Source: a virus | Length of the DNA: 32,000 bases | Virus record (IMG/VR): IMGVR_UViG_3300045988_181755 | Coordinates: 12,369-44,368 of that record | Strand: one strand, 5' to 3' | Shown here: piece by piece, positions 1 to 9,829 of the stretch | Layout of the letters: each line of letters starts with the position of its first letter | How positions within the stretch are numbered: position 1 is the first letter of the stretch | Notes under the pieces: model-generated | Told to the model about the DNA's origin: nothing | What the model saw: only the letters and a program-made list of their open reading frames with translations | The model's database searches: none | Made by a program: the position numbers and the translations under genes

Positions 1-1312
1 TCGGATGCTCTTTGCGAAATTCTTCTAGGCTGGCAGCTTCTTGTTCCGTTGCTTTATGCCGATTTATAGCAACCGCCTTATCATTGAGCGTGTACACGCG
101 GTTCATATTTTCATTGTTTAACGCTCTTCTAGCATGGCGGCGAAACTGTTTCAGCTCATACGGCATATGATTGTTGATATTGCTATCACAAACATCACTC
201 GGCAAAACAGAACAAGCAATGCAGTAAGCATCGAGCCAATGGTCTTTACTTACACCGTGCGTTGCACGATAGTCATGGGTGCTCTTTCCTGCTGTCACAA
301 AAAAGTGCTTTGGAAATAGCACACTCAATTTATTCGTCAGTGCCGGAATGATTTGATTCAATACACTCAAAGCGCCGTACTTTTTGTTAAGTCCAACTTT
401 TTCTTCGGCAAGTTTCTTTTGCCAGGCAGCATCTTTATGAACAAGGTTATGATGCTCCGCGCATAGACCAACGATATTGGCAATGGTGTTGCTGCCATTC
501 TCGGATTGCGGCACTACATGGTGGTAATGGTCGATGGGTTTATCACAGAACAGGCAATGGTGTTCCTGCATTTCAGAAACAGCATTTTCAAGACTCCCTT
601 TTTGGTAGAGTGGGCCTTGTTGGTACTGCCATTTCTGAATGTCAGGATTATCAAGCCGCATGAACGCAAATTTGTTTACTTCAAGCACAACATCACTGAT
701 AGGAAGAAACTTTTGAATTTTTCTCACCAAATTGATGTGTGTTTGGAGCAACTGATTCGCGGTAGGCGTAAGCCATCCTTCCGGTCTTGTGCGATTGGTG
801 TACTTTGCTTCTTTGTTTTTAATACCAATGCAGAGTACATCTTTCTTATAACCCGGAAGGCGACGTTTGATGATGCCAATTTCTTTTGCACGTTTGCTAG
901 GATTCTTACTTTGAGCAGTATCTTGCTTCACGCACTTCTTAGAAATGGTGCCATTTGCCTTAGCTCTCCGCTGACGGCGACAACGTCTGCCGTTTGTGCG
1001 TCTTGCACGGCGGGCTTTTTTACGGTCTTGCATCAATTTTGGAACCTCTTTGTTGCGAGTTTCCAGATGTGCCGTAAAGACTGCCGTTCCATTTGCTTTA
1101 ACAACGGCAACGCCGATATTGGTTCTACCAGGGTCAATGCCTAAATATAGGGGCTGCACTACATCATTGGTTTCATACAGCAGTTGGATGGTAAACGGTT
1201 TTGCTCTTACGACTCGTGCTTTCTGCTCTTTAAGCAGGTGGCGCACATGTCCGCCGCGAGTTGTAGGCATCAAAGGTTTACCGTCTTTGTTAAGTACATA
1301 AACAGTGGACAT
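1..1312 (-). CDS. iscB: IscB-family OMEGA nuclease (RRXRR/PLMP domain, split RuvC, HNH); C-terminus truncated by window edge
   Basis: Hand translation of the minus strand from ATG at 1312 (RBS GGAGG about 8 nt upstream) stays open to position 1: MSTVYVLNKDGKPLMPTTRGGHVRHLLKEQKARVVRAKPFTIQLLY..LYLGIDPGRTNIGVAVV (RuvC-I)..RRARRTNGRRCRRQRR (bridge helix)..VVLEVNKF (RuvC-II)..CLFCDKPIDHYHHVVPQSENGSNTIANIVGLCAEHHNLVH (HNH)..KDHWLDAYCIA (RuvC-III). Missing from the ORF track because no stop lies in the window. Confidence 0.95.
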   Translation of the reverse strand, partial: MSTVYVLNKDGKPLMPTTRGGHVRHLLKEQKARVVRAKPFTIQLLYETNDVVQPLYLGIDPGRTNIGVAVVKANGTAVFTAHLETRNKEVPKLMQDRKKARRARRTNGRRCRRQRRAKANGTISKKCVKQDTAQSKNPSKRAKEIGIIKRRLPGYKKDVLCIGIKNKEAKYTNRTRPEGWLTPTANQLLQTHINLVRKIQKFLPISDVVLEVNKFAFMRLDNPDIQKWQYQQGPLYQKGSLENAVSEMQEHHCLFCDKPIDHYHHVVPQSENGSNTIANIVGLCAEHHNLVHKDAAWQKKLAEEKVGLNKKYGALSVLNQIIPALTNKLSVLFPKHFFVTAGKSTHDYRATHGVSKDHWLDAYCIACSVLPSDVCDSNINNHMPYELKQFRRHARRALNNENMNRVYTLNDKAVAINRHKATEQEAASLEEFRKEHP

Positions 1313-1325
1313 ATTCGCCACCTCC

Positions 1326-1460
1326 TTTACGATAAATCTCTCCTGCCGAAGCAGGAGGTTGTGTTTCCCTTGGCTAGATGACGCCTTCGCATGGTTGCAA
1401 GCTGGGAAAACCGTACAAGTGCAGCTCGTCATCTTGATGTACAAAAGTACATCCGCCTGT
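1326..1460 (-). ncRNA. putative IscB omegaRNA scaffold upstream of iscB copy 1
   Basis: Compact structured segment directly 5' of iscB: hairpin CTCCTGC-TTCG-GCAGGAG (1340-1357), long-range stem GATGACG/CGTCATC (1377-1383 with 1427-1433), hairpin GATGTAC-TTTT-GTACATC (1436-1453). Confidence 0.6.
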
Positions 1461-1464
1461 GATA

Positions 1465-1510
1465 TTGAAGAAACTTAGTGGGATGGGGTCATTCCACTAA
1501 AATTCTTCAA
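1465..1510. repeat. two-segment inverted repeat (8 bp + 7 bp)
   Basis: TTGAAGAA-ac-TTAGTGG-gatggggtcatt-CCACTAA-aa-TTCTTCAA. Confidence 0.8.
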
Positions 1511-1727
1511 TACCCCTAATGCCGAGGAGTGAGAGACCCACCATGCCGATAAGCAAAGTGAGGAGTCCAAGTCCAAAAGCAAAGGCAATATATTGAATTA
1601 CGTTGATGAGTTTAAGCCATTTTGCGACTGCAGCGCCTAAAACAATCAACAGGCCAAAGCAGCCGGTCAGATAAATGAGCAAGCCAAACTGTGCAGTTCT
1701 GCTAAAAAAGGATTCAAGTGTTTTCAT
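1497..1727 (-). CDS. small integral membrane protein (two hydrophobic segments)
   Basis: 76 aa ORF; GGAG RBS and promoter upstream; hydrophobic stretches FGLLIYLTGCFGLLIVLGAAV and IAFAFGLGLLTLLIGMVGLSLLG. Confidence 0.7.
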   Translation of the reverse strand: MKTLESFFSRTAQFGLLIYLTGCFGLLIVLGAAVAKWLKLINVIQYIAFAFGLGLLTLLIGMVGLSLLGIRGIEEF

Positions 1728-1750
1728 GATAAACTCCTTTCATACTTTTT

Positions 1751-1778
1751 ATGGTATACGATTCGCAAGAGCCTGCAA
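1751..1778 (-). promoter_or_regulatory. promoter TTGCAG-N16-TACCAT with TGCGAA in spacer
   Basis: Matches the repeated promoter pattern; lies just upstream of the 1727 start. Confidence 0.6.
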
Positions 1779-1794
1779 CAGGAAAATAAAAAAA

Positions 1795-1818
1795 GCTGCC
1801 CAACCGAAGCTGGACAGC
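1795..1818 (-). terminator. intrinsic terminator
   Basis: GCTGTCCAGC-TTCG-GTTGGGCAGC followed by TTTTTTT. Confidence 0.8.
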
Positions 1819-1835
1819 CTATGTATGATTATGTA

Positions 1836-2216
1836 TTATCGTCTGTTATCTCGTTCTTGTCTTCTGTGCTCACGTTCCTCGTATTCTTTTTTCTGATACT
1901 TGAGACGTTCATTCAGTAGGAAGGAGTTTTCATCGCGAGTCATTTGCAGTTTTACCTCGTACCAGCAGCCGTAAAGAAAGGCTGCCAGAATGCAGAAGCC
2001 AACGATTTTGACTAAGAGGTTGAAAAGAACGTTCACAATAACCGGGAAAATATAGCCGATGGCTTTGGCGATAAGCAGGATGAGCCCGCCGAAGACAACG
2101 ATTTTTGCGATTGTCTGAACAACGGGCGGGAAATCGCCCAGGACTTTGGAAATGGTATCGTTGATTTTGGTGATGATATTAGTGTTTTTGCCACCGTTGT
2201 TATTATTTTCTGCCAT
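1836..2216 (-). CDS. membrane protein, hypothetical
   Basis: ORF 1836..2240; likely start MAENNNNGG.. at 2216 with AAAAAGGAGG RBS; hydrophobic core IAKIVVFGGLILLIAKAIGYIFPVIVNVLFNLLVKIVGFCILAAFLYG; charged C-terminal tail. Confidence 0.65.
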   Translation of the reverse strand: MAENNNNGGKNTNIITKINDTISKVLGDFPPVVQTIAKIVVFGGLILLIAKAIGYIFPVIVNVLFNLLVKIVGFCILAAFLYGCWYEVKLQMTRDENSFLLNERLKYQKKEYEEREHRRQERDNRR

Positions 2217-2318
2217 GTCGGTTCCTCCTTTTTGTGCCAATTATAGCATATATCTGTACAAAACGCTATATCCCACATGAGGAATCTCGATGTTTGAGCA
2301 ATGGCTCAACAAAAAAAA

Positions 2319-2344
2319 TGCCGCCACCCTTTCGGATGACGGCA
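2319..2344 (-). terminator. intrinsic terminator after the GHKL gene
   Basis: TGCCGTCATCC-GAAA-GGGTGGCGGCA followed by TTTTTTTT. Confidence 0.8.
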
Positions 2345-2351
2345 AGTGATG

Positions 2352-3932
2352 TTATTTCTTCACGGGGATACTCTGGTCAAGAATAACATCGAAGTTGTAG
2401 TGCGGCATCTTAGATGCATCACCACCAGCAGCTTCGAGGGTCATGTAGAAGTCCTCGTCATTCATAGCCTGCACGAGAGTGTTCATCTCGTCGCAGGTAT
2501 GTTTGAGCATAGGACCGCGCTTATTGCAGAACATCACAGCCGAAACAGGCTGAATGCCCTGTGCAACCATGCCATCCCAATGAGTCCGCAGCTCGGTTAC
2601 AGACTTCAAAGTAGCAACGCCGCTCATGAAGTCATAAATCTTGCAGTGGGACTCGTCGATATGTTCCAGAACGTCGATACGAGTCCGGTTTGCGTACAGA
2701 GGGAACTGGAGTTCAACTTCATTCCCGGTGTCTGCAACCAGCCGATTTGCAAAATCCTGCGCATATTTCTCAAGAGTGAGAGGCTCGCTTTCGAGAGGCT
2801 TCACGTTTTCGGCAATAGCGTCGAAAATTTTACGCCATCCCTTGTCGCTCAGGTCGATATCCGACTTGTTGGCGAGGGTATTCAAGAACCCACGCGGCAG
2901 ACCGGAAATATTAACAGCAACAACGCCGGTGAAAGCGTTGAAGGCCGGGTGACGAGCCTTGTCCCAGATGGTATCAAACTGAGCGGTGGCGATAACACGC
3001 TCGCCGAGCTGGATATCCAAGCCCTGCGTAAGCATGTTGTTCTGGTAGAAATGCTTCAAGTCATAGCCACCAGTAACAACACCTTTGGTCGCATCCGTAT
3101 CCAGCTGACCACACTCAACCTTGACAGGAATCTCGTACCCATCATAGTCAACAGTGAAGTTCTTTTCCTTCTGCTTCTCCTTATACGGCTGGAAAATGGG
3201 CTTGACGAGCACATCGCACGTCTTGCCATTCGCCATATGGAAATCAGGAATCAAGATACGGGCGGGAGCAACGCCGGTAGCGTCAGGTGCCAAGTAATTG
3301 CGGTACTTGACACCAAAGTGCTCAGCCAGGCAGGTACGCAGCACGTTCAGGCTGGTGACCCGGCTCTCAGCGCAGCTGCCGTTCTTGGTCAGCATGGTGC
3401 TGGCGGTAGCCTTGTCCATCTCCACATAGATGATGGTAGAAGGAGCGCCAAGAGCCTTAAACTGCTCACGCATAACGACATCTGCCATAGGAATCTCTTC
3501 CTGCTCGGACATCGTCATGGTCGTGGCGAACGGGCCGTCAACGCGGTGATAGCTGTCCTCTCCAGGCTGCTTGGAAGCGATGAACCAGGGATACTTGTTG
3601 CGGGTGGCAACCAAAATGAAATTGTTCAGGCCAACGCCATGGATGCACAGCGGGCCCTCATTGCTGTGGCCGTTGCCAAACTGTAGGTTTTCCGGCAGCT
3701 TTTCCTTAGACATACCATTGCCCCAGTCGGCAATAACCACACCGATTAGGTTTTTGGCATGGCCTTTCACAATCGCGACCAAGATGTTAATGGCATCTTT
3801 GCAATTAGAGATGGCATTATCAACCGGTTCACAAGCGGCATCGCTCATGGGTAACTTCTGGCGCGAAATAGCGTCAAAGTAATGGTTGGTGATGCCGACG
3901 TTGAAAGTGACGTTGTTATTCTTCTTAGCCAT
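2352..3932 (-). CDS. GHKL-superfamily ATPase (Hsp90/MutL/MORC-like fold)
   Basis: 526 aa; N-box-like EPVDNAISN, G1-like IADWGNGM, G2-like GPLCIHGVGLNNFIL. Confidence 0.65.
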   Translation of the reverse strand: MAKKNNNVTFNVGITNHYFDAISRQKLPMSDAACEPVDNAISNCKDAINILVAIVKGHAKNLIGVVIADWGNGMSKEKLPENLQFGNGHSNEGPLCIHGVGLNNFILVATRNKYPWFIASKQPGEDSYHRVDGPFATTMTMSEQEEIPMADVVMREQFKALGAPSTIIYVEMDKATASTMLTKNGSCAESRVTSLNVLRTCLAEHFGVKYRNYLAPDATGVAPARILIPDFHMANGKTCDVLVKPIFQPYKEKQKEKNFTVDYDGYEIPVKVECGQLDTDATKGVVTGGYDLKHFYQNNMLTQGLDIQLGERVIATAQFDTIWDKARHPAFNAFTGVVAVNISGLPRGFLNTLANKSDIDLSDKGWRKIFDAIAENVKPLESEPLTLEKYAQDFANRLVADTGNEVELQFPLYANRTRIDVLEHIDESHCKIYDFMSGVATLKSVTELRTHWDGMVAQGIQPVSAVMFCNKRGPMLKHTCDEMNTLVQAMNDEDFYMTLEAAGGDASKMPHYNFDVILDQSIPVKK

Positions 3933-4016
3933 AATATAACCCCGTAACGTGGGGCTGCCGTGCTGCTCTCGAATTTATCTCCACAGCAATGTGAGCCCCA
4001 TATATCGGGGATGTTA

Positions 4017-4256
4017 TTATTCTTTTTTGTTGTTTGTTTTGCAGGAGCCGCTGGCGATATCAGAAATCGCTTCTTTGACAGCTCCGAAAACGTCAGCTGA
4101 TTTCAGAAAGTCTTCGGCCAATCCTTTGATGTGGCTGTAGTTTTTGAAGACTTTCTTGACAAGAAATGCGCCAACGATTGATACTACTGCCAAAAGCAGC
4201 AGAGCTTTCGCGGCCTCGGTCAGTTTCACTTGCTCCAGCAGGAGCGCGAGTATCAC
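4017..4256 (-). CDS. small membrane protein, hypothetical
   Basis: 79 aa with hydrophobic AAKALLLLAVVSIVGAFLV; start appears to be GTG. Confidence 0.45.
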   Translation of the reverse strand: MILALLLEQVKLTEAAKALLLLAVVSIVGAFLVKKVFKNYSHIKGLAEDFLKSADVFGAVKEAISDIASGSCKTNNKKE

Positions 4257-4616
4257 ACCATCTTTGCTCAGCTAGGTCTTAATTAGACTGTGAACGAATG
4301 AACCATAGCTAACTGCAAATTGCTTAGCTTTGGTTTCGTGGTTGCTGATAATGGTGTCTACTCGCTAAATCATGTTTCGAATCATGGTAATGTCCTCCTT
4401 AAAGGTTTGTAATTGTTATACGGTATATAAATACGCTCTTAACGCGGCGTTCGCGTGCAGAAACATTTATATAAACACATTGACGCAGTGTATACGTGCC
4501 ATGCTGATTAGCATGACAATTCTATGTAATCAGCCTTTTCTTCGGCTGTCAGAAGTCCACATTCCGTGGGATAAATCTATATAAAACGCAGAAAATCTGC
4601 GGGAATCCTCAAAAAG

Positions 4617-4735
4617 AAAAAGGACAGAAACCCAATATGGGCATCTGTCCTTCTTCCAGGAGGTATATGAACTATGGCAAATCAATGATATCTCTGTTAC
4701 ATTATCTATTTTATGGGTGTCGCACACGCCGTCAA
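4617..4735 (-). promoter_or_regulatory. repeated leader module (copy L1): promoter + leader + terminator hairpin
   Basis: TTGACG-N16-TAAAAT (4708-4735, spacer contains TGCGAC); leader core AGATATCATT; hairpin GGACAGA..TCTGTCC (4622-4650) plus T-tract. Confidence 0.6.
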
Positions 4736-4828
4736 GAAGCTGTATAAACTTTTTTGAAAAAAGTTTGCACGCGTGTTAGTGGCTTTTTAGAATGTTACAA
4801 CATCGTGCAAAGTCGTGCAACATTGTGT

Positions 4829-5926
4829 TTAGTTCTCCGATACAGAGCAAACAAAAGATACTGTACCACTCCAATCACCTGGAGTCAGATTTGCTTTCAC
4901 CGTATAGTTTGAGGTGATACTAGCCAAGGCATCGTCACGTTTCCACGTTGTTTTGGGTGTTTCCACGCTCGCAAGCACATCCGCCGCCTTGTTGCTTTTC
5001 ATGGTGGGAGGCGTTGTGCTGACATTGACTTCCTGCGATAGGCCGATGTCGCCTTTCACCATCACGGGCAAAGTCGCTGTCTTTTCACCGCTGCCAGCAT
5101 TCCCGCCTAAAGTTACGCTCTCAGGCACAATGAGCGAATACAGCGTGGGTACATATGCCTCAACCGTTGTGGAGGCGGGTGTCACACCGTTTACAACGGA
5201 ATTATACGAGTCCTCGATAAAATACGGGTAGAGGTCAACGGTCACATTGCTCTGCTCAAGCTGAGCATCCACGCCGAGATATTTTGCCACGGTTTTTCCA
5301 GTTGCGCTTGCTGCGAGCTCCTCGCTCCAGTTTGTGTCCACCACCATCACGGAACTGTCTTTGGACCCAACTTTCCAGCGATTGCTGGCTTTGTATCCTG
5401 CTTTTGTGAAGCGGCCGACATCCAGAATACCGTACTCTGCATGGGTATACGCTGTGTCATAGGCGGTAGATTCCGATTCAACGATGTCAAGGTTCGTACA
5501 GCTGTTGACTGCATGTGTGCAATAGGAATGCCATGTCTGAGCACCGTCGTTGTGATAGTTAATAGTGATGGTATAGGCAGTCCAATGAGCATATACAATG
5601 GTATCGCTGCTGCCCATGACCGTGGATTCAGATACTTTATTTCCGCCATCCGATGCGGTATACCACCCAAGAAACTCATAGCCTTTTCGACTCGGAACAG
5701 GAAGCGTACCATATTTATGCGATTCGGGAATATCGATGGACGATTCAGAGATGAAATAGGAGTCGTCTGTGCAGTTTGGGTTAAAGGTTAGGGTGTGTTG
5801 AGTTATAGTTTCGACAGCAGCATTCTGAGTTGTGAAGCTCTCGGCATATACTGTAGCTGGCATTGCGGCGCAAACAACAAATGCACAAAAAATTAAGAAT
5901 TTGAGCTTTTTGAGCATCGACGACAT
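4829..5926 (-). CDS. secreted protein with InlB B-repeat/Flg_new-like module
   Basis: Signal peptide LKKLKFLIFCAFVVCAAMPATVYAES; YGTLPVPSRKGYEFLGWYTASDGGNKVSESTVMGSSDTIVYAHW is a typical Listeria-Bacteroides repeat. Best start may be the internal ATG (MLKK) at 5917. Confidence 0.8.
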   Translation of the reverse strand: MSSMLKKLKFLIFCAFVVCAAMPATVYAESFTTQNAAVETITQHTLTFNPNCTDDSYFISESSIDIPESHKYGTLPVPSRKGYEFLGWYTASDGGNKVSESTVMGSSDTIVYAHWTAYTITINYHNDGAQTWHSYCTHAVNSCTNLDIVESESTAYDTAYTHAEYGILDVGRFTKAGYKASNRWKVGSKDSSVMVVDTNWSEELAASATGKTVAKYLGVDAQLEQSNVTVDLYPYFIEDSYNSVVNGVTPASTTVEAYVPTLYSLIVPESVTLGGNAGSGEKTATLPVMVKGDIGLSQEVNVSTTPPTMKSNKAADVLASVETPKTTWKRDDALASITSNYTVKANLTPGDWSGTVSFVCSVSEN

Positions 5927-5951
5927 GCTCCTTTCGTATGTTCGTACTTTT

Positions 5952-5979
5952 ATTATCGGGGAATCGCAAATAAAGTCAA
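5952..5979 (-). promoter_or_regulatory. promoter TTGACT-N16-GATAAT
   Basis: Directly upstream of the secreted protein; TTGCGA in spacer. Confidence 0.65.
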
Positions 5980-5988
5980 AAAGAAAAA

Positions 5989-6016
5989 GCCGCTCACCCT
6001 GTGAAGGGCAAGCGGC
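5989..6016 (-). terminator. intrinsic terminator
   Basis: GCCGCTTGCCC-TTCACA-GGGTGAGCGGC-TTTTTC. Confidence 0.8.
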
Positions 6017-6022
6017 AAGAGG

Positions 6023-6268
6023 TTAAGATTTGATGTACAAGGACGTTCCCTTAAACGGATTCAAGAGACCGGGCTTATATTTAGTGCGAACATACTCTGC
6101 AATTTCGGTATCCGGCATGGCGCTCAAGACATCAAGCCAACATTCAGCATTGATTGCCATGAGGCCACCCATGCCAAGAGCATTTTCACAGCGTTTGATG
6201 TCAGAGGCAAATGCGTCGTGAAAGTCACAGGACTCCGCAGCTTTTACGATGCGGTCGAAGTCATACAT
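6023..6268 (-). CDS. small conserved protein, paralog of 23204..23452
   Basis: MYDFDRIVKAAESCDFHDAFASDIKRCENALGMGGLMAINAECWLDVLSAMPDTEIAEYVRTKYKPGLLNPFKG; GGAGG RBS; shares C..AL.M.G.M...AECW..(V/I)L.A......I..YV...Y.PGLLNPF with the other copy. Confidence 0.75.
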   Translation of the reverse strand: MYDFDRIVKAAESCDFHDAFASDIKRCENALGMGGLMAINAECWLDVLSAMPDTEIAEYVRTKYKPGLLNPFKGTSLYIKS

Positions 6269-6282
6269 ACCACAAGACCTCC

Positions 6283-8349
<2,067 letters not shown>

Positions 8350-8388
8350 TTACCTCACATATGTATTGTTTTGTTTTTTTGTGAACCT

Positions 8389-8419
8389 CCCCACCTAAGC
8401 CTTACGGCTATAGACGGGG
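8389..8419. repeat. IS200/IS605-like (OMEGA-associated) hairpin remnant
   Basis: CCCCACCTAAGCC-TTAC-GGCTATAGACGGGG; same fold and flank as 14530-14564 in opposite orientation, with a different apical stem. Confidence 0.45.
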
Positions 8420-8439
8420 CGTGCGCTCTTCATGGTTCA

Positions 8440-9249
8440 TCAAAGGGTAATGGTTTGAGATTCCGTTGTGGCCTGGCTGACATCTTCAATACCATCCACG
8501 AAAACTGTTGTTCTGATAAGGATACGGAAAGGGATGCCCTTTTGCCAGGTGGTGTTTGCACGGAGTTCATCCACCAGGCCAATCAGTGCCTGCATCTTGA
8601 GCATTTCGATGGTATAGCGAGTCGGAATCATGGTTCGGGTCGTCTCGAGATAAAAATGCCGATTTTTCTCATTGTATCCGAGAGAATCGTTCGTAACATC
8701 CATTTTTGCAACAACGGTGTAGTCGCTCTGCGGGACATCGTTGAACGGCGTGAGAGAATCATTGAGAATCTGCATGCGAGCGTCGAACTCTTTGATGATG
8801 CGAGCCTTCTCTTTCTCATAAATCTCGTTTGCCTGTCGAACCTGCTCCCGATAGCACTTCACGCACTCTTCTTTCGTGCAGAAGATGTTGACGGAAGTGC
8901 CGGAGCAGCAGCGATACCCGGTGTTGTCCAATGGGGCAATGACGGTTGAAGAAATCTTACCCCGATTTACCGGCCGAAAATAGACCGGAGAATAATAGAT
9001 GGCTTTGCTCGTTTCTTTTGCGTCCGTTACAACAACCGGGGTAGGTTTGATGTTACGAATCGGTTTTTTGGTCGGGTCCGCATTTGCGCGATAATCGCAA
9101 ATCCAGACCATTTTGCCGAGGACGCTTTCAAGGTTCTCAACATAATCGTACATGCCGAGGTCATTGGTCTGGCGCGTAGGATTCTTTTCTCCAGAGCCCT
9201 TAATCATCAGCTTGACGGCATTTTTAGCGAGGTATTCATTCAGCTTCAT
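8440..9249 (-). CDS. hypothetical protein
   Basis: Likely start MKLNEYLAKNAV at 9249 with AAAGGAA upstream; 269 aa. Confidence 0.75.
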   Translation of the reverse strand: MKLNEYLAKNAVKLMIKGSGEKNPTRQTNDLGMYDYVENLESVLGKMVWICDYRANADPTKKPIRNIKPTPVVVTDAKETSKAIYYSPVYFRPVNRGKISSTVIAPLDNTGYRCCSGTSVNIFCTKEECVKCYREQVRQANEIYEKEKARIIKEFDARMQILNDSLTPFNDVPQSDYTVVAKMDVTNDSLGYNEKNRHFYLETTRTMIPTRYTIEMLKMQALIGLVDELRANTTWQKGIPFRILIRTTVFVDGIEDVSQATTESQTITL

Positions 9250-9265
9250 GGTATTTTCCTTTCTT

Positions 9266-9670
9266 TCAACGAGCGTTTGTGAGTACGGCAACAACCAGCT
9301 CCTCGTAGTCTTCGATGGCACAGTAGATGTCAGCGAAACCATAGGCGTGGCCACGGTCGTAGGCTTTTTGCCAGAGGATGGTTGCAGCCTTTTTGGAAAT
9401 GCTGCGTTTCGTTTCGGCTTTGATGTCTTCCTGAATTTGAAGTTCGATAGCTTCCGAGATGTGTTCGATTTCTACATTCTGCGCCTTCTTCAGCCGAGAG
9501 CATTCCGCATCCCAGGCTTTCTGTCGGCGAACGGCCTCTTCCCTGTTCCAGCGCACCGATTTCTCTTCGTCGATGATTTCACCGTCTTTCGGGCGTTTAG
9601 AGTTGGGCCTTGCTGGTCTTTTCCAAGCAGTTTCGAGTCGGTTGCCAAGATTTGTCCATACGTTATCCAT
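9266..9670 (-). CDS. hypothetical protein
   Basis: Start MDNVWTNLGNRLE at 9670, AAAAAAGGAG RBS just after the terminator hairpin of leader L2. Confidence 0.7.
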   Translation of the reverse strand: MDNVWTNLGNRLETAWKRPARPNSKRPKDGEIIDEEKSVRWNREEAVRRQKAWDAECSRLKKAQNVEIEHISEAIELQIQEDIKAETKRSISKKAATILWQKAYDRGHAYGFADIYCAIEDYEELVVAVLTNAR

Positions 9671-9693
9671 AGTTAAACTCCTTTTTTGTACGC

Positions 9694-9823
9694 AAAAAGG
9701 CGAACCTCCCGGTGTGGGAAGTCCGCCCAAAAGCGAAGTGTGAATTGTACGAGCACACAGTGTGCTTAGTAGATGGTATCTATCGTACAAGCTAAATTAT
9801 ACGGGTCTCGCACGAAAGCGCAA
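9694..9823 (-). promoter_or_regulatory. repeated leader module (copy L2)
   Basis: TTGCGC-N16-TATAAT (9796-9823); leader TTGTACGATAGATACCATC..GCACAC/GTGTGC..TCGTACAA (perfect 8 bp outer pairing); hairpin GGCGGACTTCCC..GGGAGGTTCGCC-TTTTT. Confidence 0.8.
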
Positions 9824-9829
9824 GATTAT

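Noticed and set aside
506-1381. Three plus-strand ORFs from the track (506-1144, 996-1301, 1184-1381)
   Set aside because: They are antisense shadows of the minus-strand iscB, which has an RBS and full family motifs.
4530-4727. 65-aa minus ORF MCDTHKIDNVTEISL..
   Set aside because: Its start lies within the L1 promoter and it reads through the terminator hairpin, so it is unlikely to be translated from that transcript.
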